The translations under genes were made by a program, and so were the position numbers. The notes under the pieces were generated by a model, which was given only the letters and a program-made list of their open reading frames with translations, was not told where the DNA came from and ran no database searches. Of a stretch of 64,000 nucleotides of DNA, positions 10,073 to 21,749 are shown piece after piece; the stretch's first letter is position 1; each line of letters opens with the position of its first letter. Source of the DNA: Naegleria gruberi (lineage: Eukaryota); the NCBI GenBank assembly GCA_000004985.1, contig GG738849.1; one strand, 5' to 3'.

Positions 10073-11911
10073 TTATACATTGCTATCTCTTATCAAACTC
10101 ATTTTCTTCAATAGTTCACACTCAAACCAATACCTTGTTCTAAGGTAGAACATGTATCGGATATCTAACCATTTCCAATCACAATATCTGTGAATGATTA
10201 CTACATTGTCAGAATATCTTTGATCATTTTTTGCATACTTTTTAAATTGAGAGTATGACAAATTAACAAATGGTGAAAGATTGTGCTCAAGATCCATGGC
10301 ATGTTGGAACATTTCATCCACTCGATCAATTTCCATAGTTTCTTCCAATCTTTCTCTAATTTCATCCTCAGAGGTTGCAGGTGGTCTGTTGATAGTTTTG
10401 GATTCGAAAAAATTGGCTATCCATCCAATAGTTCTAATTGACATTTCCACCTCAAAATCTCTTTTTGGTATAATTAATGCATTTCTCTGACTGTTCAATA
10501 AATATTCAGCACGAGCTTGGTCGCTCACAATAATTTCATTAAATGCCACTCTTACTCTTGCAAAGCAATATCCAATAATTATGCAAATGAAAACCAATGC
10601 AAAAATAGTTAGCTCAGAATAAAATCCATTATTATATTCAATGGATGGAATAAATGCTTTCAAAACTGCTAGCATGGATGTTATGGACAAAATAAATAAA
10701 GAACTGAATATCATTATACAGGCAACAATATTCATAGCCGTCTTGTACCACGAGACAAAAAGTATGCTCACCGACAATACTATCAAGACAAGGAAAAAGT
10801 CCACAAACATTGCAATGACAATCATAATAGGGTGAGTAAACATGCTATGAACAAAGCATGAAACAAAACATGAAAAGTATAAAATCATATCCAATCTCGA
10901 GTTACTCTTTGCACACATGTTTCCCAGATCAAATCTCCACTCGTAACAATGTATCAGATAAACATATGAAACAATCATGAATGGAAAGACCAATAATAAG
11001 CTTGGAATTAATATAAATACATTTAGAGATTGGATTGAATTGAAAAATCCAAGACTCACTGGAATAACCATTGCAGGTAATAATTCCACTAAATTAAATA
11101 ATAACCAAAAAGCCACAACTCTCTTCCTTTCATTTCTTTGTTTGAATATAATCATCTGAGGATGATCTTGAATATTTTCATAAGAATCCACTTCTCTGGT
11201 TCCTTTCAAAAATTGATATGATTTCCAAGATTTGTAAAAGCAAAAACCAGTCAAAATTAACAGTGTCAGAGTAACAAATGTTGCAAATAGGAATGGTACT
11301 AAAAGTGTTCCCACAAAATCCGAGTCATCATCCCACAAATAAGAAATCTTTAAATTTCCAATCACTGACAGGTATTTGAAATATTTTACATTTGATCGAT
11401 GCCATGGCAGATGAAAATCCGTGAACAATGTAATCCACTGAGCCAGTAATATAAAATGGCACACCAATGACACCATTCCCTTATTTGAATGTTTGAAAAT
11501 CTTGCCAAATAATCGTTCTTTCAAAGAAGACACGTTTCGTTTCGAGTGTGTTGATGGAGTTGGCATCTTTTCCAAATCATCATCATTTCCAAAATACAAA
11601 TACAATTCATAAAAGAAGTAATACAATCCCTTTTCTCTATCCTTCAAAGATAATTGTGGATATAATTTCTCATAACAAACATCATGATCAGACAATACAC
11701 TTGCCGATGATACAATATTAGGAATTATTCTCGTGGTTGTTGTTGTTGTTGTAGATATTTGTTGTTGTTGCTGCTGATGATTATCTCCTCCTCCATTGGA
11801 TACGATCAAACGAGTAGCCATCTGTTGTTGCTGTTGTGTGTTACTATTGCTATTCATCATCTGGGTCGCAGATAAATATTGTTGCTCCTCCTGTGGATGA
11901 TTCGTAGACAT
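10073..11911 (-). CDS. Polytopic membrane protein (at least 8 predicted TM helices) with a Gln/Thr-rich N-terminus; family unknown.
   Basis: 612-aa ORF; multiple hydrophobic 20-25 aa segments; poly-Q and poly-T N-terminal tract. Confidence 0.5.
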   Translation of the reverse strand: MSTNHPQEEQQYLSATQMMNSNSNTQQQQQMATRLIVSNGGGDNHQQQQQQISTTTTTTTRIIPNIVSSASVLSDHDVCYEKLYPQLSLKDREKGLYYFFYELYLYFGNDDDLEKMPTPSTHSKRNVSSLKERLFGKIFKHSNKGMVSLVCHFILLAQWITLFTDFHLPWHRSNVKYFKYLSVIGNLKISYLWDDDSDFVGTLLVPFLFATFVTLTLLILTGFCFYKSWKSYQFLKGTREVDSYENIQDHPQMIIFKQRNERKRVVAFWLLFNLVELLPAMVIPVSLGFFNSIQSLNVFILIPSLLLVFPFMIVSYVYLIHCYEWRFDLGNMCAKSNSRLDMILYFSCFVSCFVHSMFTHPIMIVIAMFVDFFLVLIVLSVSILFVSWYKTAMNIVACIMIFSSLFILSITSMLAVLKAFIPSIEYNNGFYSELTIFALVFICIIIGYCFARVRVAFNEIIVSDQARAEYLLNSQRNALIIPKRDFEVEMSIRTIGWIANFFESKTINRPPATSEDEIRERLEETMEIDRVDEMFQHAMDLEHNLSPFVNLSYSQFKKYAKNDQRYSDNVVIIHRYCDWKWLDIRYMFYLRTRYWFECELLKKMSLIRDSNV

Positions 11912-12075
11912 TTTTTCTTGGAGAGTTTTTGGAAAGGCGCCACATTACAATTCAATAAACAAATAAATTGGTTGTGAATATTGGAATATTGATAAATGTA
12001 GGCAAGAAAGACTGTAATGAAGGGAACATTTGAGGTAATAATCAGCAATAGAGTCATGACGATGAGAGAGTGAAT

Positions 12076-13878
12076 TTATTGTTGATCGACTTGGTCATAG
12101 AGAAGAGAGTGAATGAGGGAAGGAATGGAAGTTTTTGATTCTTGAGCTTGGAGGGAAAGGAGATTGGCCAGCTCTGGATCTTTTTGGAGGTGAGTGAACA
12201 TGCTGGTGGCTCTAATGTTTTCCAATTGAATGTTGTAATAGATGTGGATGTATTCAGTGTTGAAAGAGGAGAGGATGAGGACCAGTTCATTATTGTGTCG
12301 GGGAGTGAGCGAAAATTTTCCACAATAACAATTGGCTAGTTGGTTTTTGAAATTGTAGGTCACGATATTCTTCTCGTGGTCGAGAATGTAAATGATACCA
12401 TCCCATGATGTTATCAGTAATTGAGAATTTTGAGAGGATGTAATGAAATTGTGCGCACTGAGGGAGAGAATTTCATGTTCAATATTGACAAAATAGTCGT
12501 AATATTGATGATAGTTTTGCTTAGTGATGGTATAGTTGGGTGCGTGAACGATGGTGCCTTTCGTGGAGAGGATCTCTTCTGTAATGTTGAATTGTTTGAA
12601 TGGATCGATTACTATGACTTCTCCGCTCAATCCTGAGAGGGCTACACATTGATTTTCTCCAAATTTCACATTACCAACCACTGTGAGAGGTTCATTCTTG
12701 AAATTAATATGTTTTGGTTCAATAATTATTACAGTATCTATTGATGAAATAATTCCAAAACCTCCTGATACAAATCCTAATATTATCGAATCATTGTGAA
12801 TGGAAATACTATTAACTTGATTATCCTTCGTGTAAATTTCCTTCAAAAAAACAAAATCGACTCCATTTTGCTTTTCCATAAATTTGTAAACAAAGAGGTT
12901 TCTATTATTTCCTCCAAAAATGATTTCCTCAACTCCATCCTTATCAATATCAAAACTAATTGCACAATTAATATTACATGGAATCCTCGAAGTTAAAAAT
13001 GGAAGAATTGCCTCACTTCTATTTCTTGAATTAATGTGAACTGTTGGTTGATGGAATTGTGCAGTCGGTGGAGATGGACTTCTTGAAGGTGGCACAAAAT
13101 TGCCCTGTTCAGTTGGTGTTATAGGTGTAGTATCAAGTGATGTCTTACTCGAATATGAAGAAGGTATATGCAATGGTGTTGGTATATCTTGTCCAGTTCC
13201 CAATGATGACAACATATCATGAAAAGGATTCGATTGACTATCAGCAGTCATGGAACTATCATAACTATTCACACTGATATTATCATTTTCCATAGTGTAG
13301 GGATGATTCGTATTAAAGGTAGTTTGACTTTCCACACTTTGTGCATCATCAAAACAATTACTAAGAGTTGTCGATGGACGTTCTGTGAATTTGAAAAAGT
13401 GTACTTCTCCCTCAGCACAAATAACAATTAAAATTGGCATTGCCTCCCAACATCCACACGATGAAGCAGGTAATTTTCCATAAATTATTGCTGAAATCTA
13501 AATTCATTCCGAAATTAATCATATTCAACAATTAATCCAAAATAAATAAATTATTCATAATCATAATAAATTAAAGTCAATATTCATAATAATAATAATT
13601 ATAAATAATAAATTATATTACCAATATATATCCAAATCAATTCAAATAAAACCCACCGTTCCTAAATTAACACAAACATATTTCGGATACTTGTATTGAA
13701 TAAATTGATAAATACACAATGTTCCGTTAATATTTCCAATCACCAATTCTCTCAAACCATCTCCATCAACGTCTTCCAAGAGAATGGCATTCTGAGCAAG
13801 GCTTGTTTTTTGATCAAAGTACAAATCATGCGAATCGACAAAGGAAACTTGTCTCAGCGTCGGATGTTGTTGAATCAT
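12076..13878 (-). CDS. ITFG2: ITFG2-like FG-GAP/beta-propeller protein (KICSTOR subunit ortholog). Exons 13657..13878 and 12076..13497.
   Basis: N-terminus ...NAILLEDVDGDGLRELVIGNINGTLCIY matches the ITFG2 motif [26 protein letters not shown]. ...ITSWDGIIYILDHEKNIVTYNF matches [20 protein letters not shown]. C-terminal ...SLLYDQ tail. Donor gtgggt, acceptor AG, phase 0. Confidence 0.6.
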
Positions 13879-14247
13879 TTTTTTTTAATTCCAATTTTTT
13901 TAATATTAAATATTTTTGTAACATTGTATAAAAGTATTTAAATATTTAATATTTTAAATAGTGCAAGATAGAAGGAATTCAAAATGATGAAAAAGTGGTG
14001 ATTTCAAATAAACTTTTGAAAATTCAATTTCATCTTGCTGCCTTCTTGGATGATCTAATTTTGGCGCCATATTCGGAATTTGAAAAGAACTTCATCTTCA
14101 ACAAAAAAAATATTCAAAAAAAAAGTTCAAGAACGAAACTCTCTCTCGGAATTTAAAATTTGAGAGTTTTTTTGATCATCAAACTAGACAATCGGGCACA
14201 CATAAAGGAATCTTTTTTGAATTCAAAGAGCTTATGGAAGAGGACTC

Positions 14248-16818
14248 ATGAGTATTAATTTAACAAGCAACAGGATGACTTTTTATGATAATCATCATGG
14301 TGTGCAAAATGAGAGTGTCGTGAATGGTAGTGGTGGTAGTGTTGGTGGACCTCATGAAGTGGAGGCTTTGAAACAACAATTGGAAAAGGAAAAACAAATG
14401 AATAAGAAATTAATGTCGAATATCAAGAAAATTAAAAAGAAAATGATTGATGTTTCGGCTTTAATTGAATTGCATGATGGATTGAAAAAGAGAATAGAGG
14501 AACAAAATGGTGAGCTTCAAAAATTCTATCAACAAAATCAAATACTTTTGACTGAAAATGCTAATTTGAAGAAGAATGCTCCACCACCACCAAAACAATC
14601 AAATGATTCATCTGAGCAGTTGGCTCAATTACAAAAATTACGATTTGAAAAAATAGAGTTGGAAAATAAGGTGAAAACCCTTAAAGAAAAAATTGAAAGA
14701 GTGAATTCTGAAAAGGACACGATGAAAAAACAATTTGAAACTGAGGAAAAGAAATGGAAGAAACAAGAGGCTACTCAGCAACAAGTGGAAGAACTAAGAT
14801 CCAAGTTTGCATTAGCTCAGAAAGAATTAACCGAATTGAGAAGTAAGAAGGGATTCATGTCATATGCTGATTTTGCAATTGTCAAACCAACTGTTTCTGA
14901 AGAAAAGGAAAAGAAGATATGCAAATCTGTGGCTGTTAATACAGAGGCATCATTGTTGGAAAGGTACATTGCTCAAAAGTATCCTAGTAGAGCTGTCTCT
15001 ACACCAATTAGCAAACCAAAAGAAGTTGTCATTCCTGCTAGTAGCCAAAATGACGATGATGATGAATTTGAACCACTTGGATCTATGGATACATCGATTG
15101 ATATAATTACTCCTCCTCAATTGCCATCAAAGCCATTGTTACTACCTAAACCAACTCTACCTTTACAACCAGTTACCGTTACCACCACAACTACAACCCT
15201 TAAGAGAAAGAATGAAGAAAAGGAGAAGGAGAAACAACTCGAGAGGAAATTGAAAAAGATGAAAAAGCCAACTTCTGAAGAATTTGAAGAAGTTTTGCCA
15301 TCTTCCAAACCTGTTTCTACACCCTCAATAATTCAAATGCCATCCCCATCTCACATTTCAATAGTTGAAAAGAGAATTAATAAGGATGCAGTGGAAAAAT
15401 CAAGGGAAGAAATGCCACCACCTAAAACAGTTCCAACTACAGTGGCTAGTTCAAATAATGAACTGTCAACACCACAATTACCACCAATATTCTTTGAAAA
15501 ATTGGAGAATCAAACTGTGGAGATTTATATCGAGAATATCTTTATCAACTTTATTTGTAAATTTGAGCCATTCTTTAGTGAGACCAAGCATCAATCATCT
15601 CTACTAGGAGATGTCAATAGAGCTTGTAAAAAAATTTGGACAAATTACCCTAAGCAAACGAATGAAATAGCCAATGGTATTTTAACAATTATTGCCAAGT
15701 TGATCGCAAGTAAGGCATCATGTGAAAAGTGGGGATTATGTATAATTTTATTAGATCACATGGATATTTATAGTTTTTCCAACCAACTATTGGAAACCAT
15801 TTTTGCTAATTTGTATATTACAATCACTTCATTTATTACCGGTATTGAGAGTAGTGACCAATCATTCAAAAAGTTGATGGCTCTTTTGGCTGGTATTAGT
15901 ACAATTAGTAATGCTAAATTTGCCAGACCTGACTTTTGCATGTTTTCCAGGGTAAAGGAGATATTTTACTACATATTACAATATAGCTTACAAAATACGA
16001 GAAACCAATTTGGAATGATTAAGTATTCTAATTTCCAACTTTTACTTGCCATGCTAACTTCAAACAGGAGGTTAATTACAAATGGATTTGACACCTACTC
16101 TCCTCTAGATTTGGCAATTTATTTTACATTCTGTAGTATGCAAAGCAAACTTAGTTCGAGTCAAAACTTATTAGATGCCGAGAATACCAAGGCTATTGGA
16201 GATATTGAAAAACTCAAGGATCTTTACAAGTTAAAGGATCAAACAAATCTCACACCACCTTCCCTCTCGCAGACCATTATTGAGAGTATTCATACAGGTA
16301 CAGATGAAAAATCCATAGCACAAGCATCGAATGCATTGGGCTTGCTCACTTGTTTAGTAGATGATTGGAACTTTACATTTAATACTGTGATTTTGAATGG
16401 ATTATGGTCTCTCGTACTCAAATATCTGAATGATGGAAATTCTAAACTGATAGCAGTCTTGTCCATCATTTCAAAGCTCGCCATTTACAGATCACAACAA
16501 ATACCACTGGAAAACAAATCCAACCAAAATGAATGGGATAGTTTGGAAATTTATCATGATGGCCTTGGAGATTTATTGGAAAAGTTCAACTCCATTCTCT
16601 TACTGGAAAATGTTTTCTCAATGGAAGCGTCGAAACTTGTTGCAGATACTATGATTGAAATTGTTGTTAACAAATTAGCCCTTTCCAAATTACTTCCTTA
16701 TCAAGAAAAGCAAGAATATTTCATTCAAACACTCAAAGTCCATCTAGACACGGCAAAAGATTGGATTCAAAAACATATGGTAGAATCAGACCTATTCAAA
16801 ATAATTAATGTTGTTTAA
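14248..16818 (+). CDS. Coiled-coil N-terminal region plus a C-terminal alpha-helical domain; function unknown.
   Basis: 856-aa single ORF. Heptad-rich region (LKQQLEKEKQMNKKL...ELTELRSKK), a Pro/Thr linker, and a leucine-rich helical C-terminus. Confidence 0.5.
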   Translation: MSINLTSNRMTFYDNHHGVQNESVVNGSGGSVGGPHEVEALKQQLEKEKQMNKKLMSNIKKIKKKMIDVSALIELHDGLKKRIEEQNGELQKFYQQNQILLTENANLKKNAPPPPKQSNDSSEQLAQLQKLRFEKIELENKVKTLKEKIERVNSEKDTMKKQFETEEKKWKKQEATQQQVEELRSKFALAQKELTELRSKKGFMSYADFAIVKPTVSEEKEKKICKSVAVNTEASLLERYIAQKYPSRAVSTPISKPKEVVIPASSQNDDDDEFEPLGSMDTSIDIITPPQLPSKPLLLPKPTLPLQPVTVTTTTTTLKRKNEEKEKEKQLERKLKKMKKPTSEEFEEVLPSSKPVSTPSIIQMPSPSHISIVEKRINKDAVEKSREEMPPPKTVPTTVASSNNELSTPQLPPIFFEKLENQTVEIYIENIFINFICKFEPFFSETKHQSSLLGDVNRACKKIWTNYPKQTNEIANGILTIIAKLIASKASCEKWGLCIILLDHMDIYSFSNQLLETIFANLYITITSFITGIESSDQSFKKLMALLAGISTISNAKFARPDFCMFSRVKEIFYYILQYSLQNTRNQFGMIKYSNFQLLLAMLTSNRRLITNGFDTYSPLDLAIYFTFCSMQSKLSSSQNLLDAENTKAIGDIEKLKDLYKLKDQTNLTPPSLSQTIIESIHTGTDEKSIAQASNALGLLTCLVDDWNFTFNTVILNGLWSLVLKYLNDGNSKLIAVLSIISKLAIYRSQQIPLENKSNQNEWDSLEIYHDGLGDLLEKFNSILLLENVFSMEASKLVADTMIEIVVNKLALSKLLPYQEKQEYFIQTLKVHLDTAKDWIQKHMVESDLFKIINVV

Positions 16819-16824
16819 TTGAGA

Positions 16825-18534
16825 TTAATTGAGGACTGGTACTTTTTCCTGTTGTTTATCTTCTACTTCAGTTAAAGATTCAATTTCTGTAAGTAACAGT
16901 GATAAATAAACATCAATCTTTTTGCATCCAACACTATCACCCTTCTTTTTCAACTCTTGTTGTTGCTTTTCATATTGTAATATCTTTTGTTGCAGTTTTG
17001 GTACCACCTCTAAAGGTTTGAATTTGTTCATCTTTTTCTTGAGATTGAGCATTTTAAGTTTCAATGTACAAAACTCCTTAATTTCTTCATTGTTGGAGTT
17101 GTCTCGTTCATATTCCAAAATGGAAAAGCTGTCTGTTGGTAGATCATCCGTAGTTGGGAAGGATGAAATTGGTTCTTCTGGCTTGTTGCTTTCCGATGTT
17201 TTGGAGCCTTCCTTTTGAGGTGTTGTAGGTTGTTTTTCAGTGGATGTTGGCTCCAAATTTCCCATTTCTAATCTTTCCAATTCTTTACTCAGCTCTTCTT
17301 CATTAAATTCCAAACCTTGAGCCTTGTTCATTTCTTCCATTCCAGAATCGATTATATTTTTGATTTCCTTATAGTCAGAGAGTGCCTCTGCAATATTTTC
17401 AAGAGACTCGTCTTGAATGGTATTCAGTTCTGTATTGAATTGTTTTAAAGTTCCTGCTCCTACTGAAAGACTCTTAATAACTTCAATATCAGTAGTGGCA
17501 TTTTCAATACTGCTCAATAATTCAAAAACATTATGAAGAGCTGCATTTCTCTTCTCTAAAATATTGCTAACAAGCTTTTTCTTCTTTAAAATCCATTTGG
17601 CTTCATCCCTCTTACCCTTGGTAATGTATTCTTTTGCTTGGTGGATGAGACTTTCCATCTTTAATTCCAAACTTTTGACTTCCTTTTTGAGTAAACTCAT
17701 ACTTTCTTTCAAGTGAATAATACCAGCAGCTTTCTGTGAAGACATTTCTCCTTGCTTTAAAAATGTCTTTTTGATTGCTGCTTCCTCAAAGCAGACAACA
17801 CCCTTTTTGGAATTTGAAATTTCAATCACATAGGCTGCCTCTTCACAATGCATATATCTCAATAGCAAATCCAATTGACTGAAATCATAATTCGGAAAGT
17901 GAATTTCTCTCAATTCACTTGGACAAAAGTACAAGTCAACATTTGTTACATGATTTTTCACTGCATTTCTAATAAAATTATAAGTTATTTCCTTGAGAGG
18001 TTTCATGACAATATATTGATTATCTTCATGGATCTTGGTATTATTTACAGCAACATCTGATCCAGTATTGGTCAAGGAACTTTGTCTTCCAAAGAACCAT
18101 GTTGTGGCCACATCCACCAACCAACTAGTTATTCCCTGATTATTACTAATATCATACACTTTTTTAAATTCATTAATTGAAATCAAATCTCCATCATGAA
18201 TCATTTGTTGCTGTATAAATTCAATCATTCTATCAAGTTTATAAAATTCAAAACTTACAATGATAGTTTGCCATCCCAATGTAGTTTCCACAATACCTTC
18301 ATCACTCTTCTTACGTCTACTCATGAAAGTTTTCATTTGGCCAATCGTAACAATCAAGATTGAATTTTTATAAAATTCCGAAATGATCGATAAGAGAACA
18401 TTCCTCCAAAACTTTAATCTAGTATCCCAATCATTGATATTAATTTGTCTAGACTTTTTAAAATTGCTCATGTAAAAGAGCATTGATTTATCGTCCTTCC
18501 ATTCTGGAAATTTTCTCTCAACAAATTCATTCAA
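16825..18534 (-). CDS. CHMP7: Charged multivesicular body protein 7 (ESCRT-III-like; N-terminal winged-helix plus C-terminal Snf7 domain).
   Basis: N-terminus ...PEWKDDKSMLFYMSNFKKSRQININDWDTRLKFW matches human CHMP7 [36 protein letters not shown]. C-terminal Snf7-like coiled coils and an acidic tail. Confidence 0.8.
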   Translation of the reverse strand: MNEFVERKFPEWKDDKSMLFYMSNFKKSRQININDWDTRLKFWRNVLLSIISEFYKNSILIVTIGQMKTFMSRRKKSDEGIVETTLGWQTIIVSFEFYKLDRMIEFIQQQMIHDGDLISINEFKKVYDISNNQGITSWLVDVATTWFFGRQSSLTNTGSDVAVNNTKIHEDNQYIVMKPLKEITYNFIRNAVKNHVTNVDLYFCPSELREIHFPNYDFSQLDLLLRYMHCEEAAYVIEISNSKKGVVCFEEAAIKKTFLKQGEMSSQKAAGIIHLKESMSLLKKEVKSLELKMESLIHQAKEYITKGKRDEAKWILKKKKLVSNILEKRNAALHNVFELLSSIENATTDIEVIKSLSVGAGTLKQFNTELNTIQDESLENIAEALSDYKEIKNIIDSGMEEMNKAQGLEFNEEELSKELERLEMGNLEPTSTEKQPTTPQKEGSKTSESNKPEEPISSFPTTDDLPTDSFSILEYERDNSNNEEIKEFCTLKLKMLNLKKKMNKFKPLEVVPKLQQKILQYEKQQQELKKKGDSVGCKKIDVYLSLLLTEIESLTEVEDKQQEKVPVLN

Positions 18535-19249
18535 TCGTTTTTCTAATTAATTATAAATTTATATTATTAATTATTAATATTATCAAGAATAATTGTAAAG
18601 TATTAATCAGAGGAGGTTATGAAGAAGATTAAATTGATCACAGATCGGAAGAGTTTCATTATATTAATAAATTGATCGGTTAAAACAAACCTTCATCGGA
18701 GAGGTGATCAATAATTGCATTGCTACCATTATTATTATTAGTTGTTGTTGTTATTGGTAATTTTCCTTCATCTTCTTCGTCCACTACTATTGGATGATCT
18801 TTTGAATTGCCTTGATTACTTTGCTGTGGCATCATTTTTTTTTTAAATACTTTAATTATTTAACAATTATTTAACCATTTTACAAAAACAACAAATAACT
18901 CTCATTTCTTCAAAAGTGATTTAGAGAGAAAAATACAATCCGATTACTTCCACGTCCTCTCTGATTTATCCTATAGAATCCTCATCATGATGAACATTGT
19001 CAAAATACTGTTCAATTTTGCTTGTTCATCGTGTTTCCATTATTGTGGTAATACCATGGTATGAGAGATAATAAAAACCATTGCCTTAACACTCCATGGT
19101 GGAGATACGGTTTTTTCATCTCCCTTAGAAAAGGAAATTCAAGGAAAATTGACTCTTTGCAAGTAAAACTTATTCACTCTTTTTGCTTTGAGAATAAAGT
19201 TGAACATTGAATCGACAGTTTATAATTCCTTCAATAAGAATGAGTTTAA

Positions 19250-20131
19250 TTAATGGCTTGATTTAAATTCATGGTCTTCATTGAGGAGTTCATTGAAGGA
19301 AATGGAAACTCGTTTGATTTTTCTTCCACATGATGCATTCTCTGACATTTTGGAAGGTTTTGAAATGGTTTGTTTAGAGTATTGAGGAGGAGGATGTGGA
19401 GAGTGCTCCTGAGCTGATTTTGCTTGTAGAGCTAGAGAGCTTGGAGCATGGTGTTGATGAGGAGGATTCATGGTTGATGGAGCATGAGGGCGTTCATAGG
19501 ACACTACTCTCTCATACGATACTGTACATGCTGGTTTTGGTGGAGTATTTACAGGGAGGTGATGGTAATTTTGAGGTGCTTGATATTTGATTGTATTCGG
19601 AATAAGCATGGGATGGTGATTGTGTGGAATTTGCAAATTGGTTTGGTGCTGGTAAATTATTGGTATAGCAAGAGTTGCAGTAGCTTGTTCGTAATGAACT
19701 GTATTCACAGGAGAATGGAGAATAACATGAGTATGTTGGGAAGGAATTGTTTGAGGAGGTGGAACTGTCCTCCTACTCACAATGGATTGATTTAGAAGAG
19801 ATTGAGCCACCTTCGTCGTGGAACTATTCAATTCAGGTGATTTCCTTGATTGACTCGAAGAGTTTGATTGAGCCAACCGTTGTTGAATAATTGATAATTG
19901 AATCTGTTTCAAATCATCTAACTTTTTCAATGGCTCCAGAATTTCAGTTCTTCGAGTCATTACAAGTTTTTGATTTGGTGGTGATTTTCTCCCACCAGAG
20001 AATGAAGCATTATTAGAGGAGAAGGAGTGGTGTTTCAGCGAATTTTGTTGAGAGAATGATAAAACATTGTCTGAAGAGTTGTGGGTGGTATTGGCAGAAG
20101 AAGGTTTCTCAAAGTGCACAATGCTGAATTT
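19250..20131 (-). CDS. Ser/Pro/Gln/His-rich low-complexity protein; function unknown.
   Basis: Long minus-strand ORF. The first ATG is MKFSIVHF...; the ORF-track start is a GTG. Compositionally biased. Confidence 0.35.
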   Translation of the reverse strand, partial: KFSIVHFEKPSSANTTHNSSDNVLSFSQQNSLKHHSFSSNNASFSGGRKSPPNQKLVMTRRTEILEPLKKLDDLKQIQLSIIQQRLAQSNSSSQSRKSPELNSSTTKVAQSLLNQSIVSRRTVPPPQTIPSQHTHVILHSPVNTVHYEQATATLAIPIIYQHQTNLQIPHNHHPMLIPNTIKYQAPQNYHHLPVNTPPKPACTVSYERVVSYERPHAPSTMNPPHQHHAPSSLALQAKSAQEHSPHPPPQYSKQTISKPSKMSENASCGRKIKRVSISFNELLNEDHEFKSSH

Positions 20132-20457
20132 CATCTCTTTTTTTTGAAATGAAAAGAGCACAGAAAATAGTAAACAGGGTGCTTTATTCTTCTCTCGCTG
20201 TTACGGCTTGTACAGGAATGTTACGATCGTTATCATCTCCAAACAGGAGGCTTGTAATGCAAGTTGTTCCGTTGGAACAATATCTTCCTTAATAGGCGTT
20301 TCTTCATTTGTCCTTTAAATATTCCATGGCCAATTCAGTGTAATGCAAGGTCTGTGTGTTTTAATGAGAATTTACAAGAGTTAGGGTGATAAAACTAATC
20401 ACCACTTGATTTCTCAAATGTGAGCTTTCTCAATTGTGGATCCTTATTGGATGGTCT

Positions 20458-21057
20458 CTATTCCGATTCTGGTTCCTCTTTTACTGTTTGTGATGACGGT
20501 GACTTTATAGTTTCTGTGGACAAGGCACAACTAGTGGAAGGAACTGCATTGGATTGCTCCCAAGTTGTTAATGGTTCACTTGTGGCAGGGGTGTAAATTT
20601 CAAGGGATGGTGTTTCACCACAAGAAATTTCCTCTTGCTCCTCTTCCTTAACTCCATCATGGTTAGCGAATTGATTTGGTTGGGGTGTATTGTTTGGAAT
20701 ATTGAGATGGGTTGTGGTGGATTGGTGTGTTGCACCACCATCCGACGAAGCAGTTGGCAAATAACCTTCACAATTAAGTGTCTCTTGAATTACCATGGCA
20801 AATAGAATTTGTAATATTTCGCCCATCTTTCCCTTAATTGGATTCTTTGATAAATCAATATCTGGAAAATCATTAGTCAATTCTTCCAAAACTTGTTTCG
20901 AAGGCAATTTACTATAAGGATGATATCTCACTTGATGAGAATGCTCTTGACAATCTGATTTGTTTTCTTTCATTCTTTCCGATGCAATGATAATAATAAT
21001 TATAAAATTTGATTCGATCAATAAACGTTGTGTCACAACTGGGCAGTTACTGTTCAA
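20458..21057 (-). CDS. Hypothetical protein; true start probably an internal Met (MKENKSDCQ...).
   Basis: 199-aa ORF; C-terminal Ser/Thr/Glu-rich region; no recognisable domain. Confidence 0.3.
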   Translation of the reverse strand: MNSNCPVVTQRLLIESNFIIIIIIASERMKENKSDCQEHSHQVRYHPYSKLPSKQVLEELTNDFPDIDLSKNPIKGKMGEILQILFAMVIQETLNCEGYLPTASSDGGATHQSTTTHLNIPNNTPQPNQFANHDGVKEEEQEEISCGETPSLEIYTPATSEPLTTWEQSNAVPSTSCALSTETIKSPSSQTVKEEPESE

Positions 21058-21749
21058 AGTAAAATTGTAGTAGAATCTTGTTTGTTTTTTTAGATTTGGT
21101 TTTTCTCTCAGAACGCAATCATCTCTCCAACTATTTATTCAAACCAGCACTCTCAGGAGTAGCACAAAATCAGCACATCGTACAGCAGATCATGATGCGT
21201 CCTGTTGCCAATTATTCGTTGATTGCATCCCGATATTACCAATGTGCAGAATTCATATAAACGTGATGGTATTATCCTCGAAAAAACCAAAAGAATTTTG
21301 CTTGACTGAAGATCGAGATGCAACAGCTTCAGTTTTGGCGAGATTCGAAAAACGAGAATCTATGCATTTTTTTGGGTTTTTACTTTGTTAGAAATTTGGC
21401 GCCAATTGATTGGTTGTTTGTGGCTACTATTTGGACAAGGAGAATAGTTGGTGGTTCTTTCAACAGTCAAAATGTCAAAAAATGTGTTTGTGTCCAAAAT
21501 AGAGAATTACTAAATGTTGTTCATTTGGATTTATTGAACTTGGTTGAGTTGCATTACAATGATTATTGAGTATTATTGGGAATTAATATTGTTGAGCAAG
21601 AGTTTATTTATATGATTAGTTTGGATTATTGATGCATTTATTCGAATCAAACATTCCAACAGCATACAACACGGATTTCCATTGCATGACAAGTTTTCAA
21701 TACAATATCAAATAAAACACTCAACGTTTACAATTTCATAATTGCAATT

